Shown here piece by piece: positions 35,606-48,151 of a DNA stretch of 64,000 nt. The stretch is from contig MCFE01000415.1 in assembly GCA_002104905.1 (NCBI GenBank), positions 15,419-79,418 on the forward strand, given 5' to 3'. Source of the DNA: Basidiobolus meristosporus CBS 931.73. Taxonomy: Eukaryota > Fungi > Basidiobolomycota. The translations under genes were made by a program, and so were the position numbers. The first letter of the stretch is position 1; each line of letters opens with the position of its first letter. The notes under the pieces were generated by a model that ran no database searches, had not been told where the DNA came from, and saw nothing but the letters and a program-made list of their open reading frames with translations.

Positions 35606-38448
35606 ATGCAGGTAAATCAACAGCAAGCCATTGCTCCTGACGATTGGAGAGCCACTTTCTCTTCAGATGAGCGAGCGAAGCTGATAAAGAATCTGTAAGT
35701 CTACAGGGCTGCTATAGAACCCGTCCCTGATTGGGGGCCTTGAGAGTTTACGTTGCACTTACTTATACGAACCAACCTTTTAGTGCGGTACATTTGAAAA
35801 TGCTATCGCCAAATCTCCCTCAGGAGCAAATCATCAAAGTAGCGACCACGTTTGAATCGTTCATATTCACCAAAATGGCTACCAAGGTGATACCCACACA
35901 ACTCCACCGATGTTTCCAACGATCTCTCATACCTTGCGCGCTTTATTTGTAGAATGATTATATAAGGGCATACGGGAAAAAATTCTATCAGATCAAATCT
36001 CAGATTCAGGCAGCGAGAGGTTGGTATTGCCACGCACGTTAACTCTAGACCTTTGCAAATGCCTATTTTACTCACATGGCACCTTCTCTTCAGCCAATAA
36101 TGGGAGTGGTGGAGCCCAGATGGCCGCAGGCGATAGTGGTGTGTAGCTGATGTGTATCGTTTTAGTAAGGAATGGCGTATTCATACAGCTTTTTGGTAGT
36201 TAATTTAAATGCTGGAAACGAGTTTACTGCCTCGCCTCAAGTGGCGCATACAGGCCTACCAAACCAGTCTTCTCCCCAGCAGCAGCAAGCGACCCTTCAA
36301 AATCAAGCCCAAGCTGTTGGCGCCACGCCGCAAACAGCGGCACAGCAACAGAATCTACAAGCTCTCGCCAACCAAGCTCAGCTGAATATACAGGCACATG
36401 CGTCTCCACAACAAGCCCAAGCTAATCTTCAATCCCCACGTGTAAATCCAATGAACTTGAATGCCGCAGGTGGCCTACAGCAGCAGGCAAGACCCGCGGT
36501 AAATCCCCAAGGAAGACCGCTTCAAGCGAACAATGTAAGCAACATGGCTAGACAGAACGCACTCGCGTCCATGCTGAAGAACATCAACCCAAACAATCTA
36601 TCTCCTGCACAGATCGCCCTCTTGAAGCAACGCTTAGCTGCTGGACAATTTAACCCTGCTGGACAAGCGGCGCAAACACAGATTCCAGGTGTCAACCAGA
36701 ACCCTGTCAATGTGTCAGCAGATAACAATAATCTACAAGCTCAAGCTCAGGCCCAAGCCCAAAGTGCACAGCAGGGTCAGCAACCATCTCCACAACTGGC
36801 CCGGTTGGGGCAGATGGGGATGCTGAACCCTCAAACTATGCTTAAGCAGCAGATGCTACAAAGGCAACAAAAACAACACATCCAACAACTTCAACAAGCA
36901 CAGCAGCAACAACAGCAACTCCAACAACAAGCACAACAGCTTCAACAATCTGTAAATCAGGGACAAGCAAGGCCACCCAACGCCCAAATCTCGCTTGGAG
37001 CTCGATCAGCGAATGCAGCTCAACAACCCGATTCTAGAGCTCAGAATATCATAGACGTGTCCAGCTCGCCGAATATTCCAGCGGTTGAGGTTGGAGGAGG
37101 GGCAAGGCCCATGACACCGCTGCAGCATGGAGCTGCTGTCAATACTGTAGCAGGCATTAGTAGACAGCTATTAGCTGGGCGAGGTTTGTTGGCGCACAAC
37201 AGTTGGCAAGATCACTCTCCACTTACCACTCTACCTATTCAGTGAAAACATCACCAATCGAAGGGTTAACGGATGACGAAAAGCGACAAATTCGTGCACA
37301 GGTAAATCCACCGTAGATGTATATAAATTCCAGACCCCGTTATTGACTTGAGTGCTACTGACCTGTAGATGGAGCAAATGACGCCAATGTTTCAAAAACT
37401 GGACCAGCTATTGCCACTATTCTTTCATCTCACTTCAAGCCCCGAGGCCACCAAAAGGCTGATGATGATGGTATGTTCTTCAGCTGGGAAGAGCGTTGTA
37501 TTCTGGTTCTGAATTATAAATCACAGAAACTACTGTTTCAAGATCAGCTGGATGCACTACCCAAAGGGCAATATGTTATCTCCCCAACAAACCTCAAGAA
37601 ACTTCGTGAACAGTTCCAGCGATATTTCATGTTTGTCCGTACACAGATGGCCGCGGCAAGCAATGTACCCCAGCCTAATGCACCACAGTTAGGCGCCAAC
37701 GCCTCTATTCTAGGGCAAAACGCTAGACCACAGGTGCAAACTTTACTTGCCAATGTGTTTTATACGATTGTTTCTTATTAATGATATACATCCTAACCAG
37801 CAACCTGTTGCTCCTGTCGCGGCTAGCCCTACCGATCCCACAGCCACACAAGCAGCGGATTCGAATCCCCTGAAGCACCCACTAACCACTGCAGATCTAA
37901 GGCTTCCGCCTACAAAGCGCAAGTCGCCCCAAATCGCCTCGGGGGTATTCACAGGTGCCCAGGGTATGGGCTCCCCAAGGCCTCAGGGAGCTAACGACGT
38001 TGGAAAGACTCCACAGGCCTTGGCTCAGCAGCGACAAAAGCTGATGCAAGCGCAAAAGTTACAGCAAGCACAGCTCGCATCAAGGCAACTGGGCCAAATG
38101 CAAGCACCCTTGGACCAGCAATCCGTGGCACAAACCAAAGAGATCATGGAGGAAGCTGCCCCAATCGAGATCAACCCATTGGATTTCGTGGCGAATATCC
38201 TCGACAACCTAAAATCAGGTACATTTGATGTGCCCACCATATAGTATCTGACGATGTATTAACTTTGTCTTGTTTGTAGACTCCGAGTTCCGCATATCGT
38301 CAAGAACGCGTTTTCATCGGTTGTTGTGCGTCGCTCTGGTATGGGCCTATTCGACCCATTCGTTGGCGGATGGTCAGAAGAGCATGAGACTGACTCCCAG
38401 GAGACTGAAGTAAAGCCCCAGATATGGGCCAAGCCGCTGAGTGTCTGA
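35606..38448 (+). CDS. MED15: Mediator subunit Med15/Gal11-like (KIX-like N-terminus, Gln-rich), multi-exon; 3' end uncertain
   Basis: DWRATFSSDERAKLIKNL...ATTFESFIF KIX-type start; long Q/N/A-rich region; LPKGQYVISPTNL..LREQF block. Confidence 0.65.
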
Positions 38449-38959
38449 TTAGATAGCGACGAACCGTGGACGCGTTTCTTTATTAATACCTATCCAATTA
38501 TCCCGTCGAGTTCATTGGCCGTCAGTTTTTCGAATACAATGGGACAGCCACCATATAAACATTACAGGATTGTACGAAATAAAGATGGATTACAGTTAGT
38601 TGGCCATGGACAAGGCTGGATTGACCTCCATGATGTCAAGCTCCTCTTTATTTAGCTAGCGATCGATAAGAAGCCAACCCAAAGTGGTGCCACTGGTTAC
38701 ATGAAGTCATGACGCACGAAGCAATTGAGGATGGAAATCAATGTGTGCATATATAGCATTGGGGATGAGCCTATCCAACAGCCAATCCGGAAATCAATGA
38801 GCTAACAAAACACCCAATGCAAATTAGCGGAAGTAAAGCGAAGAGCTAGGACTATTTAAAGGTGGCGCGTGAAGAAGCAGGACTATTTTAAGGTAGTGAA
38901 AATCCCCCAAGATAATCTACACTTCAGTAATGTGGACACTTCAGAAGCATGATTGGTAT

Positions 38960-39444
38960 ATGCTCAGCATGCTGTTCTGTGTGCTGATATTATGCTGCAT
39001 CTCCGTCACCATTTGCCGTATCATTAGCCCCAATTCCTATCTCATGGCCGATGGTAACATCCTGGACAACTGCCCACATGGAAAAAGCGTACTTTAACAC
39101 CTTCTTGATTCGCAGGTCCAAGTCTCTACTCGGTCAGCCTTGTTGTCGTTGAGATACTCTCGATCTTGGGGATTGGCATCACAGTATTTCAGCTGGTTTA
39201 TTTTGTGCATAAGTCCTATACCACCTCCAACCCGACTGCTCAGATGATGCAGAACAACCGAACCCCTGCGTATAATTCCCTGATCGATGCACCCAGCACG
39301 AATCATCGGAGAAACACCATTTTGCTTGACCTTGAATCCAGCACTCCCTCAGAAAGCTGGATTCAAACACCCCCACCCACATACGAGAATTCACGCATTC
39401 AGTATTTTGACTATTCTGCACATCCGTTTCGAAATGTTCCCTGA
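38960..39444 (+). CDS. Small two-TM membrane protein with a C-terminal PPTY motif (2 exons, 140 aa)
   Basis: Exon 38960-39053, 62-nt GT-AG intron, exon 39116-39444 in frame; two hydrophobic segments; TPPPTYE. Confidence 0.6.
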
Positions 39445-40294
39445 CAGTGGCCCAGCTAGCTGTAGATTATCCTCACCAACGTACATAGCGCCTGTTTAAT
39501 ACTTCACCCATTAGATAGATTGTAAAGGCCAGTTTCAATATGTGTTTCTGTATTGGCATTAAACATGTTTCAGCATGCATTATCGGCGTTACGCTCCACT
39601 GTGGTCGTACAGTAGCCGTGAAATGGTAGAATAACCCCCTAGGCTTCGGCTCTCCCATGGCATTGCCGCATCACTCCATATTTCTCATGAATGATTCCAG
39701 TTCAAGCAACCGATTCTGGATCAAAATTTTCCCTTGAAGGATGTGAAATAAATTCGGAATGCTGGTTTCATGTTCGGATGTATGCCTTGCCGATGATTGG
39801 TCACAGCGATCAGAAATGCCGAACCTGTGTAACCCTAACTGACGTGGGAAACGGGGATGCCTTCCAGAAGTCGCATTTCGGTTGCTGCCATGTTCTCCTT
39901 GGTCATTTAGAGAGGGTTTCTGATAAGGAATAGTCTAGTTCGCACAGTGGGAGAGGGAATCAAGCCACTGTCTGCTCGTAACTCAACCCCACCTTTGCTG
40001 CCTCCCCAAAATTTTACATGTGAACAGAATGTTAATTGATTGAACGTCACCTGTCAATCACTCAACGGCGTGGGGCTCCATACAATTTTATGAGAAATCA
40101 AGTTGGCGGGATGTCATCCCTGCCGCCGTAATGCCTAATTATGAAGATCCGATCCCGGATGGGATCACTCGGGAGGTTTAGGCTTCCCCAACATGGGATT
40201 TCCCTAAAATATATTCCTGGAGTTCCCTAACCATTCTTTGTTTGAACTCAGCCCTTTCCTCTGTTCTTTCGCTTTCCTTTACACTTTATCTGAA

Positions 40295-41355
40295 ATGACT
40301 CTTGCCATCCTTACTGCTGTCTCGAGGGCCTCCGTGAGACCCATCGCCAGACAAGCACCTATGGTAAGTGTGGAGTGGCTGTTTTCTCTCTTCTATGAAG
40401 AGCACCAGTACTCACCAGATTTCCTATGATTTTAGCTTGCCAACATGGGGGTTAGGGGCATTCATGCTACCATCGCACCTCAAGCTAGTGAGGAAACCCC
40501 AGCCACCAAGAAGGAGCCACTACTTAAAACCTTTTCCATTTATCGTTGGGTACGTGTCTATTCCACATCGTGTCTGCCTATTGCAAAACGCCCCGTGCTA
40601 AACAGCATTTCCAGAACCCAGATGAGCCCACCGAGAAGCCCAAGCTGCAAGAGTACACTATTGACATCAACACCTGCGGCCCAATGGTGTTGGACGCCCT
40701 CCTAAAGATCAAGAACGAGATCGACCCCACCTTGACTTTCCGTCGTTCCTGCCGTGAAGGTACGCACCTGAGCAAGTATCTCGTACGATGTGATTACTAA
40801 ACCAGACTTCACCATCCAGGTATCTGCGGTTCCTGCGCCATGAATATTGCCGGTAGCAACACCCTCGCCTGCATTTGCAAGATTGAGCGCGAGGAAAAGA
40901 AGGATGTCAAGATCTACCCATTGCCCCATATGTACGTTGTGAAGGATTTGGTTCCGGATCTCACCAACTTCTACAAGCAATACAAGAGCATCGAGCCATA
41001 CCTCAAACAAAAGAATACCCGCACGGTCGATGATCGTGAGAACCTCCAGAGCATCGAGGACCGTAAGAAGCTGGATGGCCTGTACGAATGTATTCTTTGC
41101 GCTTGTTGCTCTACCTCATGTCCTTCCTACTGGTGGAATCAAGACGAGTATCTTGGTCCCGCGGTCTTAATGCAGGCCTACCGCTGGATGATCGACTCTA
41201 GAGACGAATTTGGACCTGAGCGTCGCGAGAAGTTGCAGAACCCCTTCAGCATGTACCGTTGCCATACAATCATGAACTGTGCCAGAACCTGCCCCAAGGG
41301 TTTGAACCCTGGTAGAGCCATTGCTGAGATCAAGAAGATGATGGCTGCTGAGTAA
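40295..41355 (+). CDS. SDH2: Succinate dehydrogenase iron-sulfur subunit, multi-exon
   Basis: [68 protein letters not shown]. Confidence 0.98.
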
Positions 41356-41774
41356 ACCATCTACTCGAGCCCCAAAACGTCCGACTTCGTTGTTTCGTTC
41401 GAATGTGTAAATTCATCTGCATCACATATCAAAACCAACACTACATTCCTCACTACTATCCGATCTTCAGCTACCTTTCACTGATACGTTGAATTCCAAT
41501 AAACCTTAATCCAAAATGGCCCACATCCAGAAAACTTCATATTCCGAAGAGTTTTATTCTGATCTCTAGTGGTTGAGAGGTGCGTTACAATAGCATGCGA
41601 AAGTCCAAGTTTCCTCCTTGAAGTTTCATTATGAATAAAGGGTCTATTTAAGAGAAATAAATAACATAAAGGCGCGGTAGAGGGGTTTTCAGTCTGTTCA
41701 CTGGAGTAGGGTGTGAATTCTAGGCTACATGAAGATGGTGACTGGAGAGAATGAATACGATCGAACGATGACTC

Positions 41775-43608
41775 CTAAGCAACAGGATAGTGTCCCAAAC
41801 GATACAACAACACCTTTCCTTTATCATTACCGATGGCCAAATAGCCACTCTCCGGTGAGAAGTCAAAGGCGTTCACGTAGCTGAGCGGAGTGCCGTGTGT
41901 TGGCCAGTTGTTGAACACAGTCATGGAAGGCATGTGGACCAGTCGGAACTGGTCTTTCTTGGCGCGACTGGAGATGCCCAGGATTTGTGAGTCGTGGTTG
42001 AATTTCATGGCGGTCACGTTGGTTGTCAAGTTCATGATCGACTTGACTGGCTGGGGGCTGTCGGTGCTCTGAAGACTGGCTGACTCGTAAATGTTGACGA
42101 TACCGGATTGAGAACTACGTGGACAATTGGTTAGTTGGTACTGAAGGGTCATCAGATTCCACTAGATAACGTACCCGCAGGCATAGTAGCCATTGGTGTT
42201 GGAAACCGAAATGATGCTGGGTCTGTAGCCTCCGTAGTCAGGGAACTTTTTCATGCAACGCATGGTCTTCATATCCCATTGATAGATCTCGGTGTCTGTA
42301 CCGATGGAGTACAAGTAACGACCGTCTGCTGACCAATCGATGGATCTCACTTGACCATTCATCTTCAAGTTGGCTACCCACTGCTTGGTTCGCTGCGATA
42401 CCAAAACAATGTATCCCTCGCGTCCTTGGAAAGCAATGTATTCACCATCTGGCGAGACCTTGAACTTCTCCAGGGATTTTTCCTCGCGTCCTCGGATGCC
42501 GGAGATCTTTGTGATCTGACCTGCCTCCACATCGTACGCATAGAAGTACTTGCGTCTACCTGAGAGTAGGATCTGGTTGCCCTCTGGGGTGAAGGCAGCC
42601 TGATGGATTGGCAAGTCCTTGAAGTGTACAGATTGGATTTTGTTGTTGATTTTGCCATCGATTTGGAAGAGTCGAAGGGTCTTATCGAATCCGGCAGTGA
42701 GGAGTACCTGGGCGTTGGGATGGAACTCCACTGATTGGATAACACTCTGTTCAAGTGGAAGGGCCGCTTGTTAGAGATCGGATTTTGGCGTGTTCAGTGG
42801 CTTCAAACTTACTTGTGAATATCCTTTTTGATTTGCGTTGCGTAGTCGGGTAATCTCCAGAGCATCCTTCGGCAACACCTTGGACTTCTGCTTTTTCAAG
42901 AAGCCATTGGTGCTACGAAGGATTTGTAGATTCTCGACATCCTCATCTTCACTGTCATAAACATCACCATCGGCCCAAGCAGGAGTGGGGTGGATCTTCT
43001 CAAACCTTGGGGAAAATTCCGCTTGTGAGCTCGACCAGGTATTAAGAGTATCCAATGATTCTTAATGCTTACTGCTGACGAAGTCTTTGCTCGTATTCTC
43101 TTCCTGTTAACACATCCTCCTCTTCGGTGGTTCGGAGCTTACGTAAAGTTCTCTTGCTAGCGACTGAGATTTCAAGCTCATCATCGTCTTCATCTTCCCA
43201 AGCAGCTGAGGCTGATTGCTCGTCAGGAGTCTCCTCCTCGGACTCTTCCTCGCTATCCTCTTGTTCTGTGGGAGCTGGACCGCTATCCATGTAGAAGAGC
43301 TAAGATTCAAAAGAAAGTACCCTTCAGATTAGCTAAAATTGAAAGAAAACACAGAGGAACAAGACGTAAGGGTGGTAACATACTTGATCACTTTCCAAAC
43401 CCTCAAGACTGGTTTGCTCATCGCCACTCTCCTCCTCCTCGACACTCTCCACGTCGCTTAATTCGTGACCAGCATTTTTCCATATCTCTTCGTCACCACC
43501 AAACACTAAAGCCTCGAGCTCTAATTCATCCGCCTCCTTCGCCTTCTTCTCTCTGTTAGCCAGGCCCTCGTTGGAGAGACCACGTTTTCTCGATATTTTG
43601 GTGCTCAT
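41775..43608 (-). CDS. UTP18: U3 snoRNA-associated protein 18 (WD40), multi-exon
   Basis: ELEALVFG, PTPAWA, FHPNAQVLLTAGFDKTLRLFQIDGKIN, FSPESGYLAIGNDKGKVLLYRLGHY. Confidence 0.92.
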
Positions 43609-44031
43609 TTACGTTGAAGAGAATCGATAAACCACAAAATACGTGAACTAGCCAAACGACTCGAACGAATCCGTGACTTCAACCAGCTACACCAACCGAA
43701 GCATGATTTTTTTTTCTTTTCTTTCTTACTCAATAAGATCAGTTCGGAAATCAAGAAAATCAAAATTCCACCTGAAAAAATCAAAAAAAACTGGTTCACC
43801 GAGGCTGAATAATCCGTGGTTAAATTATGCGGATTTCGTGCATTTGACTATTTGTTGGTGTCAGCCGGTGCTTCCGGAAATATATGCATACAAATGGGGA
43901 TTATTCCGAGCGTTGACCAATCCGCCATACCAAATATGGTATATTTACCCATGGATCGTAAGTATAAAAGCCTCCAAATTGAATGGTCTCTCTCATCAAT
44001 CGTACTTTCAATTTCAGCAACAGACACACTC

Positions 44032-44901
44032 ATGGCCGCTCAAAGATACGTTACAAGTCAAGTAGAAGCCATCGCCCAATCTGAGGGAGATGGTGCCACT
44101 GTCAGAAGAAGCATCGGGACTAGCGAGCTCGAGAATTTCGATCCTTTCTTGATGCTTGATGAGTTCATGGTCGAGCCTCCTGCTGGATTCCCAGATCATC
44201 CACATCGTGGTTTCGAGACTGTTACTTATATGCTCGAGGGGATAGTTGCTCACGAAGACTTCGCTGGCCACAAGGGGGAGATCGGACCAGGTGATCTTCA
44301 ATGGATGACTGCTGGGCGTGGTATCGTTCATGCGGAAATGCCACAAACGAAATGCCGAGGCTTGCAGCTCTGGGTGAACCTGAGCGCTACTGAGAAAATG
44401 TGCGAGCCTCGCTATCAGGAGCTACTGGACAAGGAAATCCCTAGGGTATCCCCTCCAGGTGTGGATGCAGTGATTAAGGTTATCGCCGGCCACTCATTCG
44501 GAGTAAGCAGTCCAGTGGTTACGAAAACCCCAACTATGTACCTGGACTTCAAGGTTGAGAAGAATTCCAAATTTGAGCAGGTCATCCCAGAGAGCTACCA
44601 AGGTTTCTTGTATATCCTGGAAGGCGAGGGCTACTTCGGATCAAAGAATACTCTTGGGAAAGCACACCATACTCTGACCCTAAGCGAGGAGGGTGGGTCA
44701 GTTAGCATCGAAACCAAGGATAGTGGAGTGCATTTTGTACTTGTTGCTGGCGAGCCCATCAAAGAACCCGTTGTTCAATACGGACCATTTGTCATGAATC
44801 ATTCAAGTGACATTCAACGAACATTCATAGACTATCGCATGGGAATGAATGGTTTTGAAAGAGCTCGTACATGGCGCTCCGAGATAGGCAATCGTCGTTA
44901 G
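44032..44901 (+). CDS. Pirin (bicupin), intronless
   Basis: QSEGDGATVRRSIG, DPFLMLDEF, FPDHPHRGFETVTY, QWMTAGRGIVHAEMP, EPVVQYGPFVMN. Confidence 0.96.
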   Translation: MAAQRYVTSQVEAIAQSEGDGATVRRSIGTSELENFDPFLMLDEFMVEPPAGFPDHPHRGFETVTYMLEGIVAHEDFAGHKGEIGPGDLQWMTAGRGIVHAEMPQTKCRGLQLWVNLSATEKMCEPRYQELLDKEIPRVSPPGVDAVIKVIAGHSFGVSSPVVTKTPTMYLDFKVEKNSKFEQVIPESYQGFLYILEGEGYFGSKNTLGKAHHTLTLSEEGGSVSIETKDSGVHFVLVAGEPIKEPVVQYGPFVMNHSSDIQRTFIDYRMGMNGFERARTWRSEIGNRR

Positions 44902-45055
44902 GTTGAGCGCATGTCAATCAAGCAACAGTGTATTTTTATTTTTATCAATGATCAATCTTATTAGTAAATCATCTATTCTGTATTTGTATTATACCAATTA
45001 TCATTCAATAAATATAAATAAGTACAGTATATACTTCTTCCCAGAGTGTTGCCAA

Positions 45056-45469
45056 ATGCCTAAGCTTAAAAAGCCCAGGAAAAACCGGGGAAAGGTTGTT
45101 TCTCTGAAGGAAAAAGTTGGAAGCATGGATGAGCTGTGTCAATCCAAACAGATGGATTTGCTCAGAGATTTATTCAAGATTACTCCGAAAACTTGTAGCC
45201 AATTCTGGGAGATTGGGCTTCGAACAGTTGCAGATTTCCGGAAGCCTGAACTTACAGCCCATGAGCTGTATGAGCGCTTTAATACCTACGGAAAGAAAAA
45301 TAATTTATGGAATGGTGCAAACGCCCCTCGGAATTATTTAACAGTATTTCGACGACTTCTATGGACTGCTAATGCTACCGAGGAAGACAGACGCCTGCAT
45401 CCACATATGATGACTTGTAAAGCATGGTCCAAAAAAGCCATGACTGCTAGGGGGGAATCTGTGGATTAG
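45056..45469 (+). CDS. Cdd1/HhH-like small protein (mitomycin-resistance/pathogenicity-locus-type fold), tentative
   Basis: Basic N-terminus, then I-PKT---FWEIGLRTVADF....AHELYERF...YL-VFRR....A......W pattern recalled from Cdd1-type HhH proteins. Confidence 0.55.
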   Translation: MPKLKKPRKNRGKVVSLKEKVGSMDELCQSKQMDLLRDLFKITPKTCSQFWEIGLRTVADFRKPELTAHELYERFNTYGKKNNLWNGANAPRNYLTVFRRLLWTANATEEDRRLHPHMMTCKAWSKKAMTARGESVD

Positions 45470-46034
45470 CAATTGAAATACTCGATATTCACTTTGTTGT
45501 TTCTGAGAATAGACCCGAATAGTATAGTTGATGAGTCGACTTACACTAAATGCACTTATACTACCCTGAGTTTTCTTGAGATCGGACGATGGCATACTTC
45601 TGTTGGGGGGGGGTTTACCTTTATCAAAGTTAATGGAGGATGAAGGCATTGTAGAATCGAACAGTTCACTTACAACCTTTCCATGAATTTCCAGATACGA
45701 GGTAATATAGATTCAGGGGTTTAACTCGATATTTATAACCAGCTAAAGTTCTATAGTAGCTGCTTTTTAATTGCTTAAAGGCAAATGCCCTCAAAGCGAG
45801 CCCAAGTATCACTCGCTTGTGGCCTCACAGTTGATATTTATCAATTGGAGCATGGATAGGTGCGAGTATTAGCATGCCTTCCAAAGTCAAGCACAGCGTT
45901 GTTACCAACACCCATCCCGTTTGTCTTCTAAATTGTTTTTCTGGGAGCCATTTGTGCTGCTTTGTTGTAATCTTCATTTTACTTTAGTGTTTTATTGCAA
46001 ATAGATTATGCTGATAAAGTGCCGCTTTCGTAGT

Positions 46035-47186
46035 TTATGCTAGATCTTTTTCCGTTCTTATGTTCGGAGAATTCCGATGCACACATCCTGGGGTGCTCGA
46101 AAGTCTGGCCAGGATAGCGGTTGACAACTCCGTTGCCCATACATTTCCTCCTATGGCCAGGATGCGATGCGCCATTGAAAGCTGTGTTGGCAACGCAGAA
46201 GCCTGCTCGCTTACGATAGTACTGTACGTTTCATCAAACTGAACCTTGATGATCATGTCTTTGGCATTGGTATTGACAATGCTGGAAGCTAAGAGCCACA
46301 AGGTTGGGTGACTGGGATCTGGGCCACTTTCAAAGGCGAGATGTAGTAATGAGGCTCCCTTCGCTTGGTTTGATTTTAAAGTGAACCAAGTGATCTGACC
46401 GTTGTCATTGATTCGGCCAAAGGTACCGGTCCCTGTGGTATTTGAACCCAGAAGGACAAACCATACACCATGAGGTCCGGATATTGCACCCACAGGTGTA
46501 GATCCAAACTGAGATGGGATTGGAATCTGTGATGTAGTTCCGTTGGAAGTAATCCTCAGCAGCGAGCTGCCCTGATCTTGAGTAACGTAGAAATCTTTGT
46601 TTGTGGGGTGTTGAGCTACGAAAATGGGACTGGGCTTGGTTGGGAAGAGTGTTTGGTTGGCACTGTAATCCTTGTGGTTAAGGCGTAGTGCATGGCCGCT
46701 CTCCTTCAGAGTTGCCCAAAGGAAGTCGCCATATTCACCAATGTAATGCGGGCCCTTACCAGGAGCTGCCACATGTATTGTCCTGTGAATAATTGGTGGA
46801 GCCTCGAGGCTCTGTGGTTGTGGATCTACAAGTAGGAGCTGGTTTAGATATTCGACAGTGCACCATATCATTCCAGGATACTCAGTGGAAAGGGATAGGC
46901 CATGTAGCCCGGCATTTGGCCCTCCTAATGAGTGAGCCTCAATACCTGTAACCTGGCCATCTGGCCCAAGCTGAACCTTGACCAATTTACTATTGCTCAT
47001 TTGTGAGATTAAAATCATATCAGAGTTAGGCAGCTTCAGCAGCTCGTGTGTCATCTCAGTAGGTGGTAGATGATATTCATCAATTCGATTCGTGCATATA
47101 GGAGCAGCAGCAGCATCCACTTGGATAGAGCACAAGGTCGACACAAGGAAGAGTACTAATGTGTTGAAGTGTAACATCAATACCAT
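46035..47186 (-). CDS. Secreted beta-propeller, virginiamycin B lyase (Vgb)-like; intronless
   Basis: Signal peptide; repeated propeller blades (GPHYI, PIFVA, TPVGAISGPHGVWF, GRINDNGQITWF, AHRI). Confidence 0.65.
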   Translation of the reverse strand: MVLMLHFNTLVLFLVSTLCSIQVDAAAAPICTNRIDEYHLPPTEMTHELLKLPNSDMILISQMSNSKLVKVQLGPDGQVTGIEAHSLGGPNAGLHGLSLSTEYPGMIWCTVEYLNQLLLVDPQPQSLEAPPIIHRTIHVAAPGKGPHYIGEYGDFLWATLKESGHALRLNHKDYSANQTLFPTKPSPIFVAQHPTNKDFYVTQDQGSSLLRITSNGTTSQIPIPSQFGSTPVGAISGPHGVWFVLLGSNTTGTGTFGRINDNGQITWFTLKSNQAKGASLLHLAFESGPDPSHPTLWLLASSIVNTNAKDMIIKVQFDETYSTIVSEQASALPTQLSMAHRILAIGGNVWATELSTAILARLSSTPGCVHRNSPNIRTEKDLA

Positions 47187-47802
47187 GTTTGTATTATATC
47201 TACCATTGGCCGTCTTAAATACATTCTCTTGATTTCCCACCATTGTCAACCTTACTTCATTATATGCAGGTCTTAGGGGTAGCTTTCGTTTGATTGGCAG
47301 ATGTCTAAACTTTTATCACTGTAGTTGTAGAAGAATCAACAGGCGAAACAAAGCCTTTGAACATAGATTTTTCGGGAAATTTAGCAACATTTACGTGGTG
47401 AACAATAGAGCATCCCAACGGAACATGTGTCGTTAGGGGTCCAATCTATTACTGCAGCTGCATATATAGCTCACCTATTTCCATTTACCTTCTCATAACT
47501 ACGATTTCCTTGAATGAGTGCAGGGAGGCCAATAAGAATGCTACCCTTACTGACATAATCATCTGTACATTTTTGGAACTTGGCCATCCACCTGGTCAAT
47601 GCTTAGTTCACACTAAGTTAGCTTCCAATCCAACTGACAGAAATAGGAGAGGATTGAAATGATAGTAATTTCAAAATTATTCATACTACAGCACTCCTAT
47701 GAGCTCATAGTTCTCACTGTTGCGCAGAAAATTATTCTGACAACTCTTCACAATGACTGTGCAGCAGTGCGTTACCATATGTTCATATGAACAACTACAA
47801 TG

Positions 47803-48151
47803 TGTTATAAGATTCTTGGGGATGTTGGAAGTGATTTGGAGAACAAGTAGATTATGTGGTTTTCACTTAATGATTGATTAAATGTAAAAGTAGTATTAAT
47901 ACTTTTACATGGTCCTGGCATAACAAACACATAGAATATTTTCACTAAAATATCAGGTACCAAGAACATGAAAATTAGATGAGTTGTCCAAACAGCCCCA
48001 AACTTTGCGCACATGTTCTTGGGACCTTCCTAAACCTATTCTAAGTAAACCCTGACAAGAAGTTTGGTGAGTATTCTTTAGGATTTGAAGGTAATGATCT
48101 AAGTGACTAAGTCAGGTGGATATTTAGGTGGAATAATAACTTTTTATAACC
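47803..48151 (-). repeat. Copia 3' LTR (~349 bp)
   Basis: TGTTATAA...TTATAAC ends; preceded on the minus strand by purine tract AGGTGGGAAG; homologous to 6619-6950. Confidence 0.85.

Noticed and set aside
36172-37245. Gln-rich ORF as a separate prion-like gene
   Set aside because: It is an internal exon of the Med15-like gene, where Q-richness is expected.
43816-44031. 72-aa N-terminal extension of pirin
   Set aside because: Non-ATG start, contains a TATA-like TATAAAA, and pirin homology begins at ATG 44032.
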